Source: Trueperaceae bacterium
GTDB lineage: Bacteria > Deinococcota > Deinococci > Deinococcales > Trueperaceae
Length of the DNA: 64,000 bases
Assembly: GCA_965213705.1 (NCBI GenBank)
Contig: OZ243913.1
Coordinates: forward strand, 1,088,001-1,152,000
Direction of reading: 5' to 3'
The notes below the pieces were generated by a model. The model was not told the DNA's origin and ran no database searches. It was given only the letters and a program-made list of their open reading frames with translations. Position numbers and translations under genes: made by a program. Of this stretch, positions 20,428 to 30,868 are shown piece by piece. Every line of letters begins with the position of its first letter. Within the stretch, counting starts at the first letter, position 1.

Positions 20428-21483
20428 TTACGGCAGCCGCGCAGCCCCCGCCGAGGCAAGCTCCGCGACGCGCGCGCCGAAGTCCCGAAAACGCGCGTCC
20501 TGCGTTTGGCCGGAAACGTAGCGGGCGTAAATTTGCTGCAAAATCACGGCGAGTTTGAAAACGCCCAGCAGTTCGTACCAGGTGATTTCCCCAAGGTCGC
20601 GCCCGCTCGTCGCGGCGTAGTGGCTCAAAAACTGCTCGCGGCTGAACCAGCCCTCGTTCGCCCCCGCCGCGCCGAGTTCGGTGCCTTCGTCCGTGAGGGT
20701 GCCGAGCCCCTGCCAGTAGACGAGCGACAGCCCCACGTCTACGAGCGGGTCGCCCACGGTGGTCATTTCCCAATCGAGCACCGCGACGAGTTCGTCGGGG
20801 TTGTCGGTTTGAAGCATCACGTTGTCCAGCTTGTAGTCGTTGTGAACCAGCGTCGGCGCGTTCGGCTCGGGGTAGTTATCGCGCAGGTAGGTGATGATAC
20901 ACTCCAAGTTCGGCAGTTCCGAGGTTTTCGAGCGCTCCCAGCGTTTCGCCCAGCCCTCGACCTGGCGTTCTAAAAAGCCCTCGGGTTTGCCGATGGCGGC
21001 TAAGCCGGTTTCTTCGATGTCGATGCCGTGCAACTCGGCCAAACCGCCCACGAGCGTGCGGCTGACCCGTGCACCGTAGTCGGGCAGCGCCGCTAGTTGG
21101 GGCGGCACCGTGTCGCGCACTATCAAACCGCGCCGCCGCTCCATGAGGTAAAACACCGCGCCGACGACCGATTCGTCCTCGCACAACAGGTAAACCCGCG
21201 GCGCGGGCGGGTAGTGCGGGGCGAGCTTCTCCAGGATGCGGTACTCGCGCGCCATGTCGTGCGCCCTGGGCGCGACCGGGCCTAAAGGTGCGCGGCGCAG
21301 CACCAGTTCGCGCTCGCCCACCCGGAGCAAATAGGTCAGGTTCGAGTGGCCGCGTGGGAACTGCTCGAGCGCAATTCCCTCCTCGGCCCCCGCCACCTTG
21401 CCGGTCAGGTAGGTTTGCAAGGCGTCCAAATCGAAACTTTCGCCGGGGCGCACCGGGGCGGTGTCCTGTGCGAGGTCGCCCAT
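20428..21483 (-). CDS. Aminoglycoside-phosphotransferase-fold kinase (ACAD10/11 N-terminal, LvaA-like)
   Basis: GHSNLTYL, AHDMAREY, LVHNDYKLDN, VLDWEMTTVGDPLVD. Confidence 0.92.
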   Translation of the reverse strand: MGDLAQDTAPVRPGESFDLDALQTYLTGKVAGAEEGIALEQFPRGHSNLTYLLRVGERELVLRRAPLGPVAPRAHDMAREYRILEKLAPHYPPAPRVYLLCEDESVVGAVFYLMERRRGLIVRDTVPPQLAALPDYGARVSRTLVGGLAELHGIDIEETGLAAIGKPEGFLERQVEGWAKRWERSKTSELPNLECIITYLRDNYPEPNAPTLVHNDYKLDNVMLQTDNPDELVAVLDWEMTTVGDPLVDVGLSLVYWQGLGTLTDEGTELGAAGANEGWFSREQFLSHYAATSGRDLGEITWYELLGVFKLAVILQQIYARYVSGQTQDARFRDFGARVAELASAGAARLP

Positions 21484-21486
21484 CCT

Positions 21487-22263
21487 CTAAACCGCCGTCA
21501 CGCCGCCGTCGACGGCGACGGTTTGCCCGGTCATAAAGGCCGAGGCGTCCGAAGCTAAGAGCAGCGCCGCGCCCTTCAAGTCTTCCGGCCCGCCGACGCG
21601 GCCCAGGGGCGTGGCGGCCTCTATCAAGTCTTGGGCCGCTTCAAGCGTGCCCCGCGTCATCTTGGTGGGAAAGTAGCCGGGGGCCAGCGCGTTGACACGC
21701 ACGCCGTACTTGGCCCACTCCGCGGCGAGCGCGCGGGTCATGTTGACCACGCCGCCCTTGGAAGCGTTGTAGGCGACAGTCCCCGTCATGGCCGGGTTGT
21801 TGCCCTTCAGGCCCGCCACCGAAGCGACGTTGACAATCGCGCCCCGCCGCTCGGGAATCATCGCAGCTTTGGCGACGGCCTGGCTGAGCAGAAAAGTGCC
21901 GGTCAAGTTGAGACTGATAACCTTGTGCCAAGCTTCCAATGGGTGCTCTTCGGCGGGCGCGCCCCAGGTGGCACCGGCGTTGTTCACCAAAACGTCGACG
22001 CGGCCCCAGGTTGCCATGACCTCGTCGACGAACGCGCTGATACTCCGGGGCTCCGAGAGGTCGGCGGCGACGCTTTTGACCTCGGTTCCGAAGGTTCTCA
22101 GGTGGGCCTCGGCTTTTTCTAAAGCCTCTTGCTTGCGCGCGACGATGACTAAGCGCGCGCCCTGCTCGGCGTAGGCTTCGGCGATTTGCAGGCCCAAACC
22201 CCTCGAGCCCCCCGTGACGACCGCGACGCGGCCCGTTAGGTCGAACAAGTCTTTGACGCTCAC
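21487..22263 (-). CDS. Short-chain dehydrogenase/reductase
   Basis: TGGSRGLG, NNAGATWG, YNASKG. Confidence 0.93.
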   Translation of the reverse strand: MSVKDLFDLTGRVAVVTGGSRGLGLQIAEAYAEQGARLVIVARKQEALEKAEAHLRTFGTEVKSVAADLSEPRSISAFVDEVMATWGRVDVLVNNAGATWGAPAEEHPLEAWHKVISLNLTGTFLLSQAVAKAAMIPERRGAIVNVASVAGLKGNNPAMTGTVAYNASKGGVVNMTRALAAEWAKYGVRVNALAPGYFPTKMTRGTLEAAQDLIEAATPLGRVGGPEDLKGAALLLASDASAFMTGQTVAVDGGVTAV

Positions 22264-22461
22264 AAACAGCCTCCCGAATCAAACCCAAACAAATGCGCGT
22301 TCGTAAAACTATACCGCGCGCCACGCGTCGGGTTTGCAGGAGCGCTGGGCGCAGTTCGGCTTTGCAACCGTCGCCCTACTCGGCCGGAGCGCAGCTGTGA
22401 CACAATAAGGTTCACCACGCTATAGAGAGTTTTCCCGCAGAAACAGTTTAAGGAGGCACCG

Positions 22462-24042
22462 ATGATTTACCGCAGCCCGTTTCCCGACGTGACGATTCCC
22501 GAACAGCCGCTGACCGAGTTCGTTTTGCAGCGCGCCGCCGAACTCGGCGCCAAGCCCGCCTTTGTCGACGGCCCCAGCGGGCGCGAACTGACGTACGCCG
22601 GTCTCGCCCACGCGGTCGAGCGGGTGGCGGCGGCCCTGAGCGAGCGCGGGTTCGCCAAGGGGGACACGTTCGCCGTCTACAGTCCGAACATTCCCGAGTT
22701 TACGGTCATCTTTTTGGCGGTGGCGCGGCTGGGCGGGATTATCACGACCGTCAACCCGCTTTACACCCACCACGAACTCACCCACCAGTTGGAGGACGCT
22801 CGAGCGAGTTACCTCATCACCGTGCCGGCTTTTTTAGAAAACGCGCTCACGAGCGCCGCGGCCGCCGGCCTCAAAGAGGTCTTCGTCTTCGGTGAGGCCG
22901 AAGGCGCGACGCCCTACGCATCTCTGTTGCAAAGCGAGGGCGACGCGCCCGAAGTTCACATCGACCCCAAAAAAGACATCGTCGTGCTGCCCTACTCTTC
23001 GGGTACCACCGGCCTGCCCAAAGGCGTGATGCTGACGCACTACAACCTGGTTGCCAACCTCAAGCAAATAGAAGGGGTGCAGGCCCAAACCGAAAACCCG
23101 ATAGACGAAGACAGCGTGGTGATGGGCCTGCTGCCCTTTTATCACATCTACGGCATGGTGGTCATCATGGGCTACGCGCTCTACAAGGGCGCGACCGTGG
23201 TGACCATGCCCAAGTTCGACCTGGAAAGTTTTCTGGGGCTCATCCAGCAACACCGGGTCACCTACGCCAACGTCGTGCCGCCCATCGTGTTGGCGCTCGC
23301 CAAACACCCGCTGGTCGACCAGTACGACTTGTCCACCTTGACCGGCATGATGTCGGGGGCCGCGCCCTTGGGCGGCGAGGTGGCCGGGGCCGCCGCCGAG
23401 CGTCTGGGTTGCGAGGTGACGCAGGGCTACGGCATGACCGAACTGAGCCCGGTCAGTCACTTCAACCCCGACCCGAACGCGAAAATCGACCGTTCCAAGG
23501 TCGGTCCGGCGATTCCGAACACCGAATGCCGCGTGGTCGGTGTCGAAACCGGTGATGACGTGTCCGCGGGCGAAACGGGCGAGCTGCTCGTGCGCGGCCC
23601 GCAGGTGATGAAGGGCTACCTGAACAACCCCGCGGCCACCGCCGCCACCATCGACGCCGAAGGTTGGTTGCACACCGGCGACATCGCGGTGGTGGACGAG
23701 CGCGGTTACTTCGCGGTGGTCGACCGCGTCAAAGAACTCATCAAGTACAAAGGCTTTCAGGTCGCCCCGGCGGAACTGGAGGAAGTCTTGCTGGCCCACC
23801 CCAGCATCAGCGACGCCGCCGTTATCGGCGTACCCGACGAGGAGGCGGGCGAGGTGCCGAAAGCGTTCGTCGTAAAAAGCGCCGACGTGTCCGCAGACGA
23901 CGTCAGAGCGTTCGTCGCCGAGCGCGTCGCGCCTTTTAAGAAGTTGCGGGCGCTCGAGTTCGTCGACTCCATCCCCAAGTCGGCCTCGGGTAAAATCCTG
24001 CGGCGCGTCCTCGTCGACCGGGAGCGCGCGGCGCAAACGTAA
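22462..24042 (+). CDS. 4-coumarate--CoA ligase family acyl-CoA synthetase
   Basis: PYSSGTTGLPKGV, QGYGMTE, GWLHTGD, DRVKELIKYKGFQVAPAELE. Confidence 0.93.
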   Translation: MIYRSPFPDVTIPEQPLTEFVLQRAAELGAKPAFVDGPSGRELTYAGLAHAVERVAAALSERGFAKGDTFAVYSPNIPEFTVIFLAVARLGGIITTVNPLYTHHELTHQLEDARASYLITVPAFLENALTSAAAAGLKEVFVFGEAEGATPYASLLQSEGDAPEVHIDPKKDIVVLPYSSGTTGLPKGVMLTHYNLVANLKQIEGVQAQTENPIDEDSVVMGLLPFYHIYGMVVIMGYALYKGATVVTMPKFDLESFLGLIQQHRVTYANVVPPIVLALAKHPLVDQYDLSTLTGMMSGAAPLGGEVAGAAAERLGCEVTQGYGMTELSPVSHFNPDPNAKIDRSKVGPAIPNTECRVVGVETGDDVSAGETGELLVRGPQVMKGYLNNPAATAATIDAEGWLHTGDIAVVDERGYFAVVDRVKELIKYKGFQVAPAELEEVLLAHPSISDAAVIGVPDEEAGEVPKAFVVKSADVSADDVRAFVAERVAPFKKLRALEFVDSIPKSASGKILRRVLVDRERAAQT

Positions 24043-24186
24043 ACGCCGGTCCCGGCTCGGAGACTACGCCGACGTCAACCACGCTGGTATTCGTGTTGGG
24101 TGAAGGTATGCGGACGGCGTAACTGGTGAGCCGAAGCGAGGGTACACCGCTCGAGGTCGCCCCGAAAGCCCAACGACCGGCCGCAG

Positions 24187-25230
24187 TCAGGAGCGCCGAA
24201 CCAACTCCCGCAGCCGCTCGAAAACGTCCAGGTCTTGCTGCTTGAGCGTGTACAGAACGTCGATAAACACCCAGTTCTCGGCGAGTCTGTCACCGTCTCG
24301 CCGGTAAATGTCGACCACGCGCATGTCGATAGGCGTGTTCGTCGCGGGTAAACCCATGTAGCCGCCGCCGCTGACGGTCATGCTCAAGCTCGGCCAGCCG
24401 ACCCAACCGCCGTACGCGCCTTCGGTCAGGCGCGCCTTGTGGCCCTTGTGCTCGCGGGTGCTGTAGAGGCTGCGCCGAAACGGCACTTGGTGCTGCCGTT
24501 TGAACCCGCCGATGCTCAGGGTCGAGCCGACGCCGCTGGGGCCGTACCAGACCATGTCCTCGTGCCAGGTTTCGGCGAGTTTGGCGGGGTCCATGTCGAC
24601 GTCTCGGTGTTCGCCCAAGTCTCGAGCCATGCGCTCGATGAGTTCTAACGTTTTAGCCGATTCAGCCGCGTCTTGCGGTGTCAAAACAATCCCGTCGTGC
24701 GTCCGGGGGCCGGGGACGATAATTTCCGCGCCGGTCTGCATGGGCAGGGGGTCCACGCCCGCCTGCTTCATCACGCCGATGAGGTCGGCCAAAAAGTAAG
24801 TTTCGCCGATGCGCCCGTCGCGTATTTCATGAAACTCGCAGTAGCGCAAAAACGCCATTCGGCCCGTGGCGGGAATGCTAAGCCAGGAGTGTTCGAACAT
24901 CCCCAAAAAGTGCCCCATGCTCACCACCCAGTCGCCGCCGAACACCGACGTGCCCGCCATGAACACGTCTGGACGGCGCTGCACATGCTCCCAGGAACTC
25001 AAGAACGGCCGGTAAAACGTGTCCACGACCGCGTCGGCCCCGCGCTGGTCTTCAAACGGATAGACGCCATGCCAGCGGTAGTCGCTCGTCGTGTAGCTGC
25101 TGACAGTCTTGCTCAAGGTGCTGAGGGAGCCACGCTCGAGGTCTTGTTGATACGCCAGGACGAAGGCCTTGTTGGCTTGGTGGGTTTGGGTGTCACCCTG
25201 ACGAAAAGTGTTGTCGAAGGGGTTGGACAT
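24187..25230 (-). CDS. SnoaL/ester cyclase (NTF2-like) family protein, two domains
   Basis: WLSIPATG, WHEDMVWYGPSGVG, MRVVDIYRRDGDRLAENWVFID. Confidence 0.85.
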   Translation of the reverse strand: MSNPFDNTFRQGDTQTHQANKAFVLAYQQDLERGSLSTLSKTVSSYTTSDYRWHGVYPFEDQRGADAVVDTFYRPFLSSWEHVQRRPDVFMAGTSVFGGDWVVSMGHFLGMFEHSWLSIPATGRMAFLRYCEFHEIRDGRIGETYFLADLIGVMKQAGVDPLPMQTGAEIIVPGPRTHDGIVLTPQDAAESAKTLELIERMARDLGEHRDVDMDPAKLAETWHEDMVWYGPSGVGSTLSIGGFKRQHQVPFRRSLYSTREHKGHKARLTEGAYGGWVGWPSLSMTVSGGGYMGLPATNTPIDMRVVDIYRRDGDRLAENWVFIDVLYTLKQQDLDVFERLRELVRRS

Positions 25231-25349
25231 GGAAACTCCCGGACTTGAATCGTCTAAGTATCGACCAATTATCGTCTATTTTTAGGCGATTCGGCCCTCG
25301 ACTCAGTTTGTTTACACCTACACACCCGTTCTTCGGGTGGCTGACTCGT

Positions 25350-26486
25350 CTACCCCTTCACCGCCCCCTGCGTCAGCCCCGACACGATTTGTTTTTGGAA
25401 AAACAGCACGAGTAAAAACAGCGGGAAGGTGATGCTCGCGGCGGCGGCGATGGCCTCGAGCTGGTCGGTGAGCGTCGTCTCGCGGTTGAAGTAGGCGATA
25501 ATCGCCGGGACCATCGTCCGGGTTTCGCCGTCTAGGAGCAGCGCCGACACGAGGTAGTCGTTGTAGGCGAGCATGAACGAGAACAGCCCCGTGGTGATGA
25601 CGCCCGGCCACATGATGGGCATGATGACGTTCCAAAACGCCTGCAGGCGGTTGCAGCCGTCGACCAGGGCAGCCTCGTCGAGCGCGGCGGGGATGTTCAT
25701 AAAAAACGAGCGCAGCATCCAAATGGTAAAGGGCTGGTTGATAGCGACCAGCACGATGATAACCGCGAAGCGCTTGCCGTACAGGCCCCACTCGATAAAA
25801 GACGGTAAGTAGCCGGTAACGAGGGTGGAGTGCGGCAGCGCCCGGAACACCAGGGCGGCAATGAGTAGCCAAAACGCCCACGGCGTGCGGGTGCGCGCGA
25901 GGCCGTAAGCCGCCAAGGTGCCGATGGTCAAAGAAATGGTCACGACGCCGACGGTGACGAACATGGTGTTCAAAAACTGTTTGTAAAAGCCGTTGACGAA
26001 CCACACTTCCCGGTAGTGCTGGGTCGTCAGGCCCATGACAGGGTCGACGAGGTTGTGCAGCAACGGCACGCTTCCCAAGAGGGTGCGAAACAAGCCGGAC
26101 AGCAAGGGAATCACCACGACGAAGCTGAGCGCGGCGACGACGAGAAAGCCCAAGTAAACCCCCACCACGGTCCAGGGACGGGTGCCCGACCGGGCGGTGC
26201 TGAAGCGTTCCAAGAGCGCTTCGCGGTTGGCAAAAGCGCTCAGGAGCAAGTAAGCCGTCACCAGCGCGAGGACGACCGCGATGACCGAAACGCCGCCCGC
26301 GACCCGGTTGGTGCTGGGACCGAAGACAACGACGAAAGGATTCGGGTCGAAGGCGTCCAGCGGCAACTTAAAAGACATGACGAGCAGCCACAGCAGCGGA
26401 AACGTCGCAACGACGACCCACACGCCGATAATGAGCCAGGTGGCGACGCGCAGGTTGAGCGGCAGTCGGAACAGTTTGTTGTCCAT
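25350..26486 (-). CDS. Carbohydrate (CUT1) ABC transporter permease
   Basis: FFMNIPAALDEAALVDG EAA loop, QKQIVSGLTQGAVKG. Confidence 0.92.
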   Translation of the reverse strand: MDNKLFRLPLNLRVATWLIIGVWVVVATFPLLWLLVMSFKLPLDAFDPNPFVVVFGPSTNRVAGGVSVIAVVLALVTAYLLLSAFANREALLERFSTARSGTRPWTVVGVYLGFLVVAALSFVVVIPLLSGLFRTLLGSVPLLHNLVDPVMGLTTQHYREVWFVNGFYKQFLNTMFVTVGVVTISLTIGTLAAYGLARTRTPWAFWLLIAALVFRALPHSTLVTGYLPSFIEWGLYGKRFAVIIVLVAINQPFTIWMLRSFFMNIPAALDEAALVDGCNRLQAFWNVIMPIMWPGVITTGLFSFMLAYNDYLVSALLLDGETRTMVPAIIAYFNRETTLTDQLEAIAAAASITFPLFLLVLFFQKQIVSGLTQGAVKG

Positions 26487-26490
26487 CACG

Positions 26491-27504
26491 TCACCCCTCG
26501 TTCTGTTCTTTCCAGGTGTTGCGTAGCGGCGCAACCAGCAACAAGACGATGCCGACCATGATGAGAATGGCCGAGGCCGAAGCCCGCCCGATAGAGCGGT
26601 TGCCGGTGTCGTCGGGGGTCAAAAAGTCAAAGGTGAGCCACTGGAGCGAAATGCGAAACGCCTCGGCCCGGAAGCCGATAATCTCGTCGAAGACGCGGTA
26701 GGTGTCCATCAGGTGAATGAGCGACACGAAGACGATTAAAGGCATAAGGTGCGGGAGGATGACGCTGCGGATGATGTTGCGGCGGTTTGCGCCGTCGATG
26801 CGGGCCGCCTCTATTTGCTCACCCTGGACGGTTTGCAGGGCTGCGTAGAAAATAACGAAGGCAAAAGGCGCGACGTGCCAAACGCGGTAGAAGTACATCA
26901 GCAGTTCGATGGTCCAGCCTTGGGCGAACATGGCGATGTTCTGGCCGGTCAAGCGCTCGAGCTGCGCCGTGACAATCCCGTCGCCGATAAACAGCCACCT
27001 GATAGAGAGCGCCCCGATGACCGGCGTGATGATAAAGGGCAGCAGCGTGACGAAAATAACGGGTCCGCGCAGGCTTCTGGCAATCGCGTTGACCGTAAAC
27101 GCCAGCAGCAAACCCACCCCGATGACGAGCGGGAGGGTGAGCAGCGTAAACATCAGGGTAAAGCGCAACGCGCCCCAAAAGGCGATGTTGGTGAGGCCCG
27201 ACCAGCCCCGGCCCTCCTCGGACAGGGCCGCGCGCACCTTGTCGAACTCTAAAAGCGTCCGGTAGTTTTCCCAACCCACCCAACTCGTCGTCGTGATGGG
27301 CCGACCGTCGTCGCCCAACTTGGGCACTTGCCGGGTGGTCGTGGTGCAGTTGAAGGGGGTGCAGTTTTCTTGTTCGACGGTTTCGAAGACGTTTTGGGTG
27401 CGCTGAAAGCTCTGCAGCACGACTAAAACGAGGGGCACCGCGATGAAGAGCACCATCAGGACGAGCGACGGCCCCACGAACATGAGAAAGGGTTTGGTTT
27501 TCAT
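26491..27504 (-). CDS. Carbohydrate (CUT1) ABC transporter permease
   Basis: WVGWENY, AALQTVQGEQIEAARIDGA. Confidence 0.92.
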   Translation of the reverse strand: MKTKPFLMFVGPSLVLMVLFIAVPLVLVVLQSFQRTQNVFETVEQENCTPFNCTTTTRQVPKLGDDGRPITTTSWVGWENYRTLLEFDKVRAALSEEGRGWSGLTNIAFWGALRFTLMFTLLTLPLVIGVGLLLAFTVNAIARSLRGPVIFVTLLPFIITPVIGALSIRWLFIGDGIVTAQLERLTGQNIAMFAQGWTIELLMYFYRVWHVAPFAFVIFYAALQTVQGEQIEAARIDGANRRNIIRSVILPHLMPLIVFVSLIHLMDTYRVFDEIIGFRAEAFRISLQWLTFDFLTPDDTGNRSIGRASASAILIMVGIVLLLVAPLRNTWKEQNEG

Positions 27505-27541
27505 ACACCTCCCGAGGGCCCCCCGGCGTGAGCGCCGCTTG

Positions 27542-27678
27542 ATACGGATTCCGATACTGACGGATTGCGATACTGCGCTGAACAGATTCGGAAGAGGTTT
27601 TTGCGCTCCTTTTCAACGTCCGTATTTTTTCTCGTTCCGCTCGGGTTCGTTCCCAAAAGAATCAACCGGAAACGGTAT
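27542..27678. repeat. MITE-like element, TIR atacggattccgat (copy 2, degenerate)
   Basis: Left end identical to 14898-14911; right end accggaaacggtat 11/14 complementary; internal tandem duplication acggatt(c/g)cgatactg. Confidence 0.6.
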
Positions 27679-27711
27679 AAAAAGTCAGGAACCGTGCGCA
27701 CGGTTCCTGAC
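27676..27711 (-). terminator. Rho-independent terminator / stabilising hairpin after the substrate-binding gene
   Basis: Perfect 28-bp palindrome gtcaggaaccgtgcgcacggttcctgac followed by a T run on the minus strand. Confidence 0.8.
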
Positions 27712-27730
27712 GGGTCGGCCTCAGTTCACG

Positions 27731-28945
27731 TTACTGGATAAAGCCGGATTCTCGAGCGGCCGCGTTGAACTCCGCTTCGATGTCGGCCAGGGTCTGCTCG
27801 GCGGTTTCGGCACCGGTTAAAAAGTCGGCGACGTTGTTGCCCGCGGCCGTGTGCATCAGCCCGACGAGGTTCGAGGCCGGGTAAGAGGGTGCGCCCGCTT
27901 CCGCCGAGGCCATAGCGCCCTTGGCGATACGGGACTCGATGGGTTGGTTGGTGAGCCAAATGGCCGCGTCCGGGTGCTGGGACAAGTTGTCGTAGCTGAT
28001 GCCCTCTAAAAACAGCTGGAAGGCCGCCGCCGCTTCTTCGTCCGAGACGTTTGAAGCGATGGTCGCGCCGTCCCACCACAAGGTGGTCGCGGGCGGCCCG
28101 CCCGCCACGGCGGCGGGGGCGGCGGCGTAGTCGATAAGACCGACGACCTCGGACTCTTCGGGGTTGTCCATCGCGCCCGCTCGAGAGGCCCACAGGTTCG
28201 CCATCGCGATTTGACCCTGCTGGAACTGTTGCTGAACGTAGGTAGAGTCGGCGGCCAAGTATTCGGGGTCCATGTACTGGGTCAGGGCTTTGAGCATCTC
28301 CAGCGTCGCCACGCCCTGCTCGTTGTTGACGGCGGCGGTGCTGTCCTCGTTGAAAAACGTGCCGCCGAAGCCCAAGTACATGTTGATGAACTCTTCACCC
28401 AGGTTGAAGCCTGCCGCGAAGGTACCGCCCAAGGGATAGTCGACCACGCCCGCGTCTTGAATCGCCTGGGCGACCGTCAAGACCTCGTCGTAGGTGGTGG
28501 GCACTTCCAGGCCCAACTCTTCGAAAATGTCGCTGCGGTACATCAGGTGTTGCGCGTTGATCATCATGGCAATCGCCATCGTTTTGCCGTCTACTTTGAT
28601 GAGTTGGTTGGGCGCTAGGTCTTGACCGTACTCGGCGACGAGGTCGTCGAGCGGACGCACCAGGTTGTCGTTGAGGAGTGGCACGAGCGTCGCGTTGGCG
28701 ACCCCGCCGATGGTGTACTGCGAGGGGTCGGCGGACATCGCTGCGGCCTGTTTTTCGCGAAACTCCTGGTCGAGTTCGGGTTTGAAGTCGCCGCACTCGG
28801 CCATGCGGTCGGTGACGACCTTCCAGGCCTCGAACCCGGCCGACAGTGAGGTGACGGGCACCTCGTTTTGAAAGCTGCACTGCGCCCAAGCCGTACTGGA
28901 CGCGAGCAAGACCAACCCTAGGACAGTGAAAAGTATTCGCTTCAT
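27731..28945 (-). CDS. Sugar-type ABC transporter substrate-binding protein
   Basis: Signal peptide ending AWA, LMYRSDIFEELGLEVPTTYDE, FQQGQIAM. Confidence 0.9.
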   Translation of the reverse strand: MKRILFTVLGLVLLASSTAWAQCSFQNEVPVTSLSAGFEAWKVVTDRMAECGDFKPELDQEFREKQAAAMSADPSQYTIGGVANATLVPLLNDNLVRPLDDLVAEYGQDLAPNQLIKVDGKTMAIAMMINAQHLMYRSDIFEELGLEVPTTYDEVLTVAQAIQDAGVVDYPLGGTFAAGFNLGEEFINMYLGFGGTFFNEDSTAAVNNEQGVATLEMLKALTQYMDPEYLAADSTYVQQQFQQGQIAMANLWASRAGAMDNPEESEVVGLIDYAAAPAAVAGGPPATTLWWDGATIASNVSDEEAAAAFQLFLEGISYDNLSQHPDAAIWLTNQPIESRIAKGAMASAEAGAPSYPASNLVGLMHTAAGNNVADFLTGAETAEQTLADIEAEFNAAARESGFIQ

Positions 28946-29317
28946 ACCCGTCTCCCTTAAAAAGTGAATTGTCGCCGACGCCTCGGTACGTTTCTACAAA
29001 AGGGCCTTCAAAGCTTTTTGAAAAGCGACCCCCAAAGGTGTTTAAAAGCGTTTGGCGACTTGCCGCTACACCTTACCGTAAAGCCAGTTCGAGTTTCAAC
29101 TGGGTAAAAGCTGCGGAGTTGCGTTCCGAGGTCGTTTTCGGGTCTGTTGTAAGACGCTGAGCCTCGAGCCGCCGTAACCTCTTGCCGATTCCCCAACCGT
29201 CTTGCATTTCGCGCTCCCCCTCGTTATAACTGCGCTTGACGAACCAGAGGTGCAGGGTGCGGGGCCGCTCGGCTCGAGCAACCGCCCTCCTCTCAACCAA
29301 AAGGAGCAGTGACGACC

Positions 29318-29797
29318 ATGAGCGACCGAGCAGCGCAAAACTTGAACCTCGTCGACAGACTGTACGCGGCTATCGACAAAAACGAGGTCGGCGTGATGGA
29401 GGAGTTTTGGACCGAGGACATGGTCTGGCGCGGCCCGGCGGGGCTGGGCACGCAGCGCGGCGTCGCGGCGTTCGAGCAAAACGTGCGCGCCCCGTTCATC
29501 AAAGCTTTTCCCGACAAAGAGGGCGTGGACGAGGTGCGCTTGGCGGCGGGCGAGTTCGTCGCGTCGGCGGGCTACCAGGACACGACTTTTGCCGCAGACT
29601 GGCTCGGCATCCCCGCGACGGGCGAGCGGGTAAGGGTGCGCTACATGGACATCTGGCGCGTCGAAAACGACAAGCTGGCCGAGAACTGGGTGCTCATCGA
29701 CGTGTTGGGTGTGCTCGAGCAAGCGGGCTACGACGTCGAAAAAGTGCTCAGGTTCGTCGGCTCGAAACCGCCCGAATTTTTCGACGACGCAGAGTGA
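29318..29797 (+). CDS. SnoaL/ester cyclase family protein, single domain
   Basis: WTEDMVWRGPAGLG, WLGIPATG, YMDIWRVENDKLAENWVLID. Confidence 0.87.
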   Translation: MSDRAAQNLNLVDRLYAAIDKNEVGVMEEFWTEDMVWRGPAGLGTQRGVAAFEQNVRAPFIKAFPDKEGVDEVRLAAGEFVASAGYQDTTFAADWLGIPATGERVRVRYMDIWRVENDKLAENWVLIDVLGVLEQAGYDVEKVLRFVGSKPPEFFDDAE

Positions 29798-29839
29798 CTG
29801 AGTAAGGGTGAACCGATTGACGAAAACGGAGGCTGGTGC

Positions 29840-30841
29840 GTGAGCGTTCACGAGGCGAACAAGCAAGTCGTGTGGGACTACGGGCGTGATGTCTGCGGGC
29901 AAGATGTGGGGGCGGCTCGAGGCGACATCCTAGACATCCTCAGCCACTACGTCTTTGAAGACGCCGTTTTCAACATCGCTCATCCCATCAACACCGTGAC
30001 AGGCGTCGCCGCGCTCGCCACCGACTTTTGGGAGCCGTTTTTGCGTGTGTTCAAAAACCTGCACAAGTGCCCATATATATTCATGGCGGGCGCGTCGTTC
30101 GGGTCGGATTGGGTGAGCGCGACCGGCGACTACGTGGCAACTTTTGCCGACGACTGGTTGGGCTTGAAGGCGACGCACACAAATGTGCGGCTGCGCTTCG
30201 GCGAGTTTTACGCTGTTGAGAACGGCAAAATTACCGAAGGTTACCTCATGCTGGACATTCCCGACCTGGCGCGGCAAGCGGGCGTAACGCTGTTCCCACC
30301 GAGTTCGGGCCGCGAGCTGTGGATTCCGGGGCCGCTCGAGGGGGACGGCGTCATGCTGGGTCCGCAAGACGAGACAGAGTCCGCACGAAGTCACGACCTC
30401 GTCGCCGCGATGCTCGCAGGTCTCGACAGTTACGACGAAGCGAACAAAGAAAGCATGGGAATGCCCAAGTATTGGCACGTGGACGCCATGCGCTGGTACG
30501 CCTCGAGCGGCATCGGCTTGAACTTCGGGCTGAAAGAGTTCGAGGACAACCACCAACTCCCCTGGCTGCACGCTTTTCCCGACCGCAAGGGCGACGGCGT
30601 CAGCGTGATGCTGGCCGAGGGGAACTACGTGGGCTACGCGGGCTGGCCCATCACCCACGCGACCCACCGGGGCGACTACTTGGGCGCGGCGGCGACGAAC
30701 CGGAAGGTGAGTATGCGCGGGCTGGACTGGTGGAAGCGCGACGGGGACAAGCTGCTCGAGAACTGGGTCTTCGTCGATTTGCTCGACCTGTTCGCCCAGT
30801 TCGGGCGCGACCCGCTGGCGGCGGCAAGGGCTCGAGAATGA
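29840..30841 (+). CDS. SnoaL/ester cyclase family protein, two domains
   Basis: Paralog of 24187-25230: IFMAGASFGSDWV, MRGLDWWKRDGDKLLENWVFVD. Confidence 0.87.
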   Translation: MSVHEANKQVVWDYGRDVCGQDVGAARGDILDILSHYVFEDAVFNIAHPINTVTGVAALATDFWEPFLRVFKNLHKCPYIFMAGASFGSDWVSATGDYVATFADDWLGLKATHTNVRLRFGEFYAVENGKITEGYLMLDIPDLARQAGVTLFPPSSGRELWIPGPLEGDGVMLGPQDETESARSHDLVAAMLAGLDSYDEANKESMGMPKYWHVDAMRWYASSGIGLNFGLKEFEDNHQLPWLHAFPDRKGDGVSVMLAEGNYVGYAGWPITHATHRGDYLGAAATNRKVSMRGLDWWKRDGDKLLENWVFVDLLDLFAQFGRDPLAAARARE

Positions 30842-30868
30842 GTCCAACTCCCTCGGCTCGAGCGGAGT

